From: a virus
Taxonomy: Duplodnaviria > Caudoviricetes
DNA length: 64,000 bases
Strand: one strand, 5' to 3'
Virus record (IMG/VR): IMGVR_UViG_3300029288_007050
Location: 32,001 to 96,000 of that record
In this document: piece after piece, positions 57,406-64,000 of the stretch
How positions within the stretch are numbered: the first letter of the stretch is position 1
How the letters are laid out: each line of letters begins with the position of its first letter
Notes under the pieces: generated by a model
Told to the model about the DNA's origin: nothing
Databases searched by the model: none
Seen by the model: only the letters and a program-made list of their open reading frames with translations
Program-made: the position numbers and the translations under genes

Positions 57406-57477
57406 ATAATCCCTTCCTTTCCACTTGCTCCGGCACTTTGGGAAAGGTTAGTGCCCGAACAAGATTTAAAGGATTAT
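57406..57477 (-). ncRNA. pseudoknotted cis-RNA element B (same architecture as A)
   Basis: P1 ATAATCCTTT/AAGGGATTAT, P2 CTTGTTC/GAGCAAG, G.G, P3 GGCACT/AGTGCC, loop CCTTTCC pairs with GGAAAGG. Confidence 0.7.
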
Positions 57478-57551
57478 CCTCATTGCTTTAGAGAGTTAAT
57501 TGCACTCCCCAGGGTGTTAACCCTGTATTAAGTTAACTACAAGCTATGGAC

Positions 57552-58490
57552 TTATACGATAGAAGCGTATCCTGTTCTCCAATCTCCCCACAAGATTTCT
57601 CCTCTCCAGTCTACACCGAAGTATAGTTTCTTTCTTAGGAAAGAAGATTCAGTTCCAGAAATCAAGCTTGAAAATCTAGGATCTTGTCTTAACTGTAGAA
57701 TCATTGGTTTAACTACTCTGTTTGTGTCGAATAAATACCAATTGTCAGAGTCTGTTAAGTAGTCATTAACCAAAAGATCCAAAGAACCTTTCAAGACGTT
57801 AGTAGCAAGTTTAACAGTAGTAGTTCCTTCTTCTGGGTAATATTGAGAATTCAGAAGTTCCTTTGCTTCCCATTCAAGATCGGTAGGAACAACGAGAAGA
57901 TTAGGTCTGACATGAGCTGGTTTGCCCTTGTCATTCTTAAATTTCTTCATCGCTGTAATTGCCGCTTGAAGAGCAGTAGCGCTCAGTGCAGAAGAACCAC
58001 GGTTTGATTGAGTACCAGATGAACCTTCAGTGTGGTTTGTAGCAAAGAATGCTTTGCCATCGTAACAAGTCAGTGTAACGCCATCATATATCGTTCCAGC
58101 AGTACCAGTTGTGCTAGTACCCTGTCCCATCAATGTGTAAGCCAATTCGTCAAAGAATCTCACAGCTTCAGTCGCAAGTTCTTTCACTCGGACTTCGATT
58201 TGACCGTACTGTTCGTCTTCGATAGCATTTCTATCAACTGAGATAGAAGCTTCAAAGTCACGGTTCGCAATCGTAAAGTTGTGTTCAAGCATTGCTTGAG
58301 GAATTCTTTCATCTCTCCATTCTTGCATTTTAGGAACAGAACCTAACCAAGGATAAGTTTCAGAACTCTTCGCAGAAGTGATGACGGTTGCAATTTTCAG
58401 ATAATCTTTCACTGCAACTTCGTATGAACTCATGAAGTTTGTCTTCATGCCAGCTAGCAATAACTTAGGTATATCACCTTTTGTAAGCAT
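57552..58490 (-). CDS. major capsid protein, Mu gpT-like
   Basis: ETYPWLGSVPKMQEW..ER, N.DFE...VDRNAIEDEQYG, CYDGKAFFATNH, P..LVVP..LE, WYL.DT. Confidence 0.93.
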   Translation of the reverse strand: MLTKGDIPKLLLAGMKTNFMSSYEVAVKDYLKIATVITSAKSSETYPWLGSVPKMQEWRDERIPQAMLEHNFTIANRDFEASISVDRNAIEDEQYGQIEVRVKELATEAVRFFDELAYTLMGQGTSTTGTAGTIYDGVTLTCYDGKAFFATNHTEGSSGTQSNRGSSALSATALQAAITAMKKFKNDKGKPAHVRPNLLVVPTDLEWEAKELLNSQYYPEEGTTTVKLATNVLKGSLDLLVNDYLTDSDNWYLFDTNRVVKPMILQLRQDPRFSSLISGTESSFLRKKLYFGVDWRGEILWGDWRTGYASIV

Positions 58491-58498
58491 TTTCGTTA

Positions 58499-58906
58499 TT
58501 AGTTAACTGCAGCGTCAATTTGTAGTTTGATAGTAGATCCGTCAACGATGTCAACACAATATCCACAGAAATTGGTATTCGTAGAACTTGTACCAACTGT
58601 CTGGTCATCGTGTAAATACATCTTCGCACCAAGGTCGCCAGCAACGGCTGAAGCTTTCGTGTATTGGAAAACACCTTTCTTGTAAACACGAACTCTTACT
58701 GCACCGTCTGTAGAACCACCAGTAGCAGCTTCAGCAGCTACACCTATAAAAGTGTAAGCAGCAACGCCTGAACCTGGTTGGACGTAACCTGTACCAACGT
58801 CAACTAGAAGAGCTCCTTTGTAGATAACAGCATTTGCTAGAACTGGATACGATAGAATTTCACCGTCTTGTCGTTTTGCTTCGTAGTTAGCAGATAAAGC
58901 AGTCAT
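58499..58906 (-). CDS. capsid cement/decoration protein (DUF2190-like)
   Basis: small Gly/Ala-rich protein just upstream of the MCP; IYKGALL, FIGVA, Y..DDQTV. Confidence 0.75.
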   Translation of the reverse strand: MTALSANYEAKRQDGEILSYPVLANAVIYKGALLVDVGTGYVQPGSGVAAYTFIGVAAEAATGGSTDGAVRVRVYKKGVFQYTKASAVAGDLGAKMYLHDDQTVGTSSTNTNFCGYCVDIVDGSTIKLQIDAAVN

Positions 58907-58936
58907 TTATTTAATTGTTAATGTTTCGAATTTTTA

Positions 58937-61630
58937 CTAAATTAAGCTCGACTTTTCGTCTTCTTCTTCTTTTTTAAGATCTTTCAAATTCTTCCAAGAT
59001 TTCGCGATGTCTTCATCTTTTGATATACCCATCTTACCAAAGAATTCTTTAGCATCGGATGGTACATCTCCTAGATCTGCTGTTTCTTCTTTATCTTCTT
59101 TCTTTTCTTCGTCGTCATCGATCGGTACTCCTTCTTCTTCAAAGTCGATAGACGTTTTTTGTGATTCCATGAAAGTTTTTATGAGTTCGGATACGCCGAC
59201 CTTGTTGTCTCCTAACTCTAAAACTTTACCTGAAACCATGAGTTTTATAAATGCATCTTTTTGAGCTGGTACAATTTTGCCAGCCTTCAGATAGCCTTCA
59301 TAAACTCTTTCAGCATCAGCAAAGTCGAGTTTTTGCTGATCGTTTTTATCGGACTTGTCCTCGGCTTCTTCACCCGATGTCGCCTCCGATAATTCTTTTT
59401 TAACTTCTTGTTTACAAATTTTTGAAGCTTCTGCCATTGTCTTACCTGCTTTCATTTCTCTTGACATGCAAGAACGAAAATCTTTTTTCATCAGTTCTTT
59501 GAGTTCTTCTTTAGTCAATTCTTTGCATACCAATTTTTCTCCGTCTTTTACGTATTTTCCTTTCTTCTTGTTAATAGTGCATTCGTCTCCAACTTTATGT
59601 TCTTTCTTTTTCTTTTCGATTTCTTCTTCAGTTTCTGCGTCTTTGTCTTCTTCAACAGCTTCTTCTTCTTTCTTTTCTTCAACTTCTCCGTTTTCTTTTT
59701 CAATCTCTACTTCTTCTTTACTCTCTTCAACTTTTTCTTCTTCAACTTCTTCGTCAATTTTTTCTGATTCTTCTTCGATTTGTTTTGTTATTCCTATTTC
59801 CTTTTTCAGATTAGCGAATTCTTCTGCGAAAACGTCTGAAGTAATAACAGTGTCTTCAATTTTTTCTAAGCTATCTTTTAAAGCTTTCATTACGGAGAAA
59901 AAGTTTGGTTGTTCATCTTCCAATTGAATAACATTTCTTCCTTCAAATCCTTCTGATAAAGTAACGAATCCCCCCATACCTTTAATATATGGCTCAGAAA
60001 CCAATGCTGTGTGTAGAAGAGTAGGACCGACGAATTTGTTTGAAGTCTTGACTCTGTAGTTCGGATCTAAGCTAGCTGAAACACATTTAATAAGACCCTT
60101 TTTGATCTTATCAACAATTGTTTCATCTTTGATTTCGATTACTGCGTCAAGACCATCAGATGTTTTCTGCAATTCAACTACCTCACCAGCGTTTTTCGTT
60201 GGATCATTAGTATGAGTGACTGGCACATATACGTGTTCGATAACTGATTTCTTGAAGTTCTTAATTATGTTATCGATCACATCGTTAGTGACATTCAATA
60301 CACCACCATCGGCGTCCCAGTGGAACCATTTGCCAAGTTTCAGAACCTGTTTTCTGAATTTGTTTCCATCACTCAATTCAATCGAATCAAGTGATTTATT
60401 CAACTGAAATACTGGTCTTGTATCTGATTCGTCAGCTAAATCATATTTATTGCATTGACCAGGAATTTCTTCTTTCTCTTCTTCGGGTTCGTCAACCTTA
60501 AATTTGTTTCTGCTTATCTTGATCATCTCGATTGCGCTGTCAACTACTTCTTTGTCTTCACCAGAAAGTTTACCAGAAACGACTTGAAGTTTTTCAATAA
60601 GATCTCCTTCTTTTTCAAGATCTTTAATAAGTGAATCTAGATCTTTCTTAACTTCTTCGACGTTTTCTTTGCTGAGAATAATTTTAAGTTTTTCTAATAA
60701 GTCTTTCATGTTTGTTTCGTACTTATTTAAAGTTTCTTCGTTATCTTTTTCGATATATTCGAGTGATTTTCCAAATTCTGGTACTTCTTTATCGAACTGT
60801 TTGTAGTGTCTAGCAAGATGAGAGTATATTCCTCGTTTAGCAGAATCTGGCACGTCTACACCACCTCGAGCACCGTTTAGAACTGCCATCGCTGCAGCTA
60901 CTCCCTTCCAAACTACTTTGAAAGTGCCATCGACGATATCATGATGAGGTAATTTATAAGAACCAAAATTTTTCTTATCACCGCTATCGAACCAAGCGAA
61001 TGCAGTAGCATATTTCGCCCAATCAATTTTTTCTTTATCTCCCGATTTATCGGAAGAAGCCCATTTTCGAATCTGATTTACAGCTGAAGTCGAGTCCCAT
61101 TTCATATTTTCATCTGCTTTCGCAGGACTATGTAATGGAACAACTCCCTTTTCTATGTCTAATGTCTTAGCTATCCAGTGGCTAATAGTATATGCCTCTT
61201 TATTCGCTGGCACAGATACTAGTGAAACTTCAAATAACTCAATTTTATTAATTTGCAATATTTGATTTTCACCCTCTATTGGGGTTAGATCAAATGCTCG
61301 ACCTTTGATTGAGAATTTGTTAATTATGCCTTCTTCTATTTTTTTCCAGATTTCGTCTTCTTCTTTAGATATGACTACTTTAACTAGAAGACCAACATCA
61401 TCGACATCAGTTTCAATCACCTTACCAATCGGTCTATCGACATCATGATTAAATAAAACTGTCGAATATGTTAGCAGATCGTTCTTTGCTCCCTCGAGTG
61501 CTTGTCTAGTAATTTGAGTATTGTCAGTATCAACATCAAAACTTGAAGCGTAACCAACTACAATCCTGTCTCCTGATTTAACAGAATCTAAAGCTTTGAC
61601 GATATCTAACTTAAATGTAAAATCATTCAT
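58937..61630 (-). CDS. prohead protease/scaffold fusion with HK97-type and Mu gpI-type protease domains
   Basis: N-terminal GYAS, LFNHD..PIG, FSI.G, EVSLVSVPAN; second domain G.W.H, H, VSASL, LLHTALVSEPYIKGM; acidic scaffold. Confidence 0.85.
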   Translation of the reverse strand: MNDFTFKLDIVKALDSVKSGDRIVVGYASSFDVDTDNTQITRQALEGAKNDLLTYSTVLFNHDVDRPIGKVIETDVDDVGLLVKVVISKEEDEIWKKIEEGIINKFSIKGRAFDLTPIEGENQILQINKIELFEVSLVSVPANKEAYTISHWIAKTLDIEKGVVPLHSPAKADENMKWDSTSAVNQIRKWASSDKSGDKEKIDWAKYATAFAWFDSGDKKNFGSYKLPHHDIVDGTFKVVWKGVAAAMAVLNGARGGVDVPDSAKRGIYSHLARHYKQFDKEVPEFGKSLEYIEKDNEETLNKYETNMKDLLEKLKIILSKENVEEVKKDLDSLIKDLEKEGDLIEKLQVVSGKLSGEDKEVVDSAIEMIKISRNKFKVDEPEEEKEEIPGQCNKYDLADESDTRPVFQLNKSLDSIELSDGNKFRKQVLKLGKWFHWDADGGVLNVTNDVIDNIIKNFKKSVIEHVYVPVTHTNDPTKNAGEVVELQKTSDGLDAVIEIKDETIVDKIKKGLIKCVSASLDPNYRVKTSNKFVGPTLLHTALVSEPYIKGMGGFVTLSEGFEGRNVIQLEDEQPNFFSVMKALKDSLEKIEDTVITSDVFAEEFANLKKEIGITKQIEEESEKIDEEVEEEKVEESKEEVEIEKENGEVEEKKEEEAVEEDKDAETEEEIEKKKKEHKVGDECTINKKKGKYVKDGEKLVCKELTKEELKELMKKDFRSCMSREMKAGKTMAEASKICKQEVKKELSEATSGEEAEDKSDKNDQQKLDFADAERVYEGYLKAGKIVPAQKDAFIKLMVSGKVLELGDNKVGVSELIKTFMESQKTSIDFEEEGVPIDDDEEKKEDKEETADLGDVPSDAKEFFGKMGISKDEDIAKSWKNLKDLKKEEEDEKSSLI

Positions 61631-61639
61631 GTTAATTAC

Positions 61640-61668
61640 ATTATACTAATTGTTTTTAGAATTGTAAA
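61640..61668 (-). promoter_or_regulatory. sigma70-type promoter for the protease gene (nearly leaderless)
   Basis: TTTACA-17 nt-TATAAT; -10 box ends 9 nt before the ATG. Confidence 0.7.
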
Positions 61669-61722
61669 ATGTCGACCTTTTAGAATGATTCAATGTCTTT
61701 TTTCTTTACTCTAAAATCATTT

Positions 61723-62346
61723 TTATTTTTTAAAACTCTCACAGATTTTCTTAGCTAGAGACTTTGAAGTGCCTTTTTCTTTCTCTTCGATCATACATAA
61801 TTTATAAGCAAGACCTGGTGCAGGTTTTCCTTGAAAAGCAGTATTTCCACCTGGTTTCAATAGTTCGGGAATATCGCTTGAAGTCAAATCTTTCTTTACT
61901 ATTCTTGGATACTTTTTCTTTTTTAAGACTTCAACGATTTTCTTGTAATATTCTGAAACTTCTTCCTTAGACCAATCGTCAATTACGTTTTTTACTTTCA
62001 ATATGTTCCAAAGCATTTTTAAGCAGAAAGCGTCTTTGACGAGATCTTCAACTTTTTCATTTCTAATGTCAAAGTCAATCATTTGTTTTTTAAATAACAA
62101 CATTTTTGTCTTATCTACAGCTCCTTCGAATTTGCCTTTATGAGAACTGCAATGCGAAGATGCTCTGTTTCTGCTCCAGACTTTTTTGTCGTACCTATAA
62201 CTCTGGACTGCAGATTTTCCCGTAGCTTTCAAAATAGCAGAAATAAAAGTCAAACCTTTAGTCTTTGTGTGCAAAGTACGAAAAGAACCAGACTTGAAAA
62301 GGCTTGGATCTTTTACTCTGCATGTGTGAAAATTTGGAAAAGGCAT
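61723..62346 (-). CDS. head-module hypothetical protein
   Basis: MPFPNFHTCRVKDP...SFR...QSYRYDKK.W domain of a type seen beside phage portals/proteases. Confidence 0.6.
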   Translation of the reverse strand: MPFPNFHTCRVKDPSLFKSGSFRTLHTKTKGLTFISAILKATGKSAVQSYRYDKKVWSRNRASSHCSSHKGKFEGAVDKTKMLLFKKQMIDFDIRNEKVEDLVKDAFCLKMLWNILKVKNVIDDWSKEEVSEYYKKIVEVLKKKKYPRIVKKDLTSSDIPELLKPGGNTAFQGKPAPGLAYKLCMIEEKEKGTSKSLAKKICESFKK

Positions 62347-62350
62347 GTTT

Positions 62351-63832
62351 TTATTTTTTGTTAATGTTTTCAATAGCAAAGTCTCTTCCCATCGTTTCAA
62401 ACTTTTCTAAGAAATACTCGTCATCTTTCAATTCTACTGATTTTTTCTTGATTTTGTCTTTAACAGATTGAGGAGTTTGTTTAGCCGGTTTTTTCTGTTT
62501 ATCGTATTCTTTTTTCTTTCCAGACTCGAATGCTTTAAGAGCATCCTTTTCAGTCATTTCTTTAATTTCAAGTCCAAGTATTTCTGCAACTTCATTACTT
62601 AAATTAGTCATGAAAGAAGGAGTAATAACAGTCGGATCTTTTTTAATGATAGATTCAAATAGTCTAACAAGAATTCTTTCTGTATCTGTCTTCAAAGGCA
62701 TTAGTTTTATCTTAGGATAGCTTCCGTTTTTGAAGTTCCAATCGATAAGTGGAGCGACTGCCCATTCATTTAAAGTGTCTTCCATTGATTTCATTACAGA
62801 TTGAAGCATCTGGATAATAAACGTTGACTGAGTCGTATATCCACTACCATAAGTATAGTTATAAGTAGACTTCGATCCAAGCTGAGTAGCTTGTGTAAGA
62901 GTTGAAAGAGCGATTTGAGAATCATGATGTTCGATGAGTTTTAATACATCATATCCAGCAGAAGCTCTGTCAACTTCAAGCTCAAATCCCGCTGGCAAAG
63001 TTATTCGTGAATTTGCTCCGATCGATTCTACTGCTTCTTCTGCTTTTGAAACTTCTGTTTCTGAAAAAGGCTTGCCGAGTTTTAGAATTTTAAGACCCAC
63101 TGCATCGATTTCAGCTTTCTTATGCGCTAAATAATAAAGCTTATGTTTTTTATCATAATGATACCAAGCTGTTTTCAATATCGATTCTCCATATAAAGGA
63201 TGTTTCTCTCTTTGAAAAGTAAATAATAAACTTTTTTCTGGAGGTATATCTACATTAACCGATTTATTTCCAAACGTAGCTGTTTGATGTGCTCCAAGAA
63301 AACCTCCATTTCTATCTGCTCTTAAGCGAATTGTGCTAGCGTCTCTCGGTGCTAGTTTTTTCCAACCGATTAAACCTTTATGTTTTCCTTCCTTTATAAT
63401 CTGAGGTACTTTTTCATAAAAACGAAAACCTTCGAAAATCGCTCTAGTCATGTCTGCTATAATAAATGGTAGAGGAGTAGACATGCCACCGCTATATTGT
63501 GGACCCAAAAAAACAGATTCAATAAAATCTCTTTCACCGTTGTCATTTTCGCTTGGCAATATTTTTATAGGTGCAGATTCAATAGGTAGAGAAAAAAGAC
63601 GCGTAATAGCTCTGACAGTACCGTCATTATCTTGCATTGTCAAATAATTGTCAATAGTAAGTTTATCTGGTCTTTCTTCATCTTCGTAAGAACCTATTGT
63701 CGCAGAAGTTCTAACACCAAGTTCTTCCATCATTTGTCTGACAGATAGAGCGGGTGCATTTCTATCTTCTCGATGTGTTCTTTTTTTGGGTTGTGCTTTG
63801 AGACGATCTGTTATGAATGAATAAAATGCCAT
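62351..63832 (-). CDS. portal protein (Mu gp29/DUF935-like)
   Basis: 493 aa upstream of protease and capsid; GF...E, PLYGESILK, I..HD..I, PLIDWNF. Confidence 0.85.
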   Translation of the reverse strand: MAFYSFITDRLKAQPKKRTHREDRNAPALSVRQMMEELGVRTSATIGSYEDEERPDKLTIDNYLTMQDNDGTVRAITRLFSLPIESAPIKILPSENDNGERDFIESVFLGPQYSGGMSTPLPFIIADMTRAIFEGFRFYEKVPQIIKEGKHKGLIGWKKLAPRDASTIRLRADRNGGFLGAHQTATFGNKSVNVDIPPEKSLLFTFQREKHPLYGESILKTAWYHYDKKHKLYYLAHKKAEIDAVGLKILKLGKPFSETEVSKAEEAVESIGANSRITLPAGFELEVDRASAGYDVLKLIEHHDSQIALSTLTQATQLGSKSTYNYTYGSGYTTQSTFIIQMLQSVMKSMEDTLNEWAVAPLIDWNFKNGSYPKIKLMPLKTDTERILVRLFESIIKKDPTVITPSFMTNLSNEVAEILGLEIKEMTEKDALKAFESGKKKEYDKQKKPAKQTPQSVKDKIKKKSVELKDDEYFLEKFETMGRDFAIENINKK

Positions 63833-63901
63833 GTTGTATTTTTTAATTAAAAGAATTCACTAAATAAACTTATTGAAGAAAGAGTTTTGCGTTCTTATTT
63901 T

Positions 63902-63930
63902 ATTATATACCATAATATGCTCTTTGTAAA
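63902..63930 (-). promoter_or_regulatory. sigma70-type promoter for the portal gene
   Basis: TTTACA-17 nt-TATAAT. Confidence 0.7.
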
Positions 63931-64000
63931 AAACAAAGAAAAATCTATAGACTCTGACAAGTTCTTTTTCAAAGTCTAACGTGTTTTTGTCTTGCGAAAT

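Noticed and set aside
58474-58689. 71 aa - strand ORF overlapping the cement gene
   Set aside because: Alternative frame within a well-supported gene, with no motifs.
1-64000. Alternative genetic code (stop-codon reassignment)
   Set aside because: Genes are full length and densely packed in code 11, and TAA, TAG and TGA all end recognisable proteins.

Overview
An AT-rich window of a tailed dsDNA phage genome (siphovirus-like, with Mu-type portal, capsid and head-tail genes), read in the standard genetic code. The left arm (1-17.0 kb, + strand) is early/accessory: RtcB followed immediately by an atypical tRNA-Pro, a ubiquitin-like module (Ubl, E2-like, JAB, E1/ThiF), GroES, Ro60/TROVE followed by a cluster of Y-RNA-like and tRNA-like ncRNAs, Fic, RecA, PRTase, a DEDDh exonuclease, KhpA and many small Zn-ribbon proteins. 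The right arm (17.2-63.8 kb, - strand) is the late operon: portal, a double-protease/scaffold, cement protein, Mu gpT-like capsid, a ~17 kb glycosyltransferase/methyltransferase/sugar-nucleotide cluster inside the morphogenesis genes, two very large repeat-rich structural proteins, neck and tail genes with a -1 frameshift, and a papain-like peptidase with a peptidoglycan-binding domain. The arms converge on a bidirectional terminator near 17.03 kb. The most striking unexplained signals are: (i) two sequence-divergent copies of one pseudoknotted RNA architecture, each upstream of a paralogous glycosyltransferase; (ii) the phage-borne Ub-like conjugation operon; (iii) the Ro60-linked ncRNA array; (iv) a five-copy dispersed bipartite DNA motif. 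The host is tentatively Patescibacteria (CPR), by inference only. All calls come from reading motifs by eye; no searches were run.
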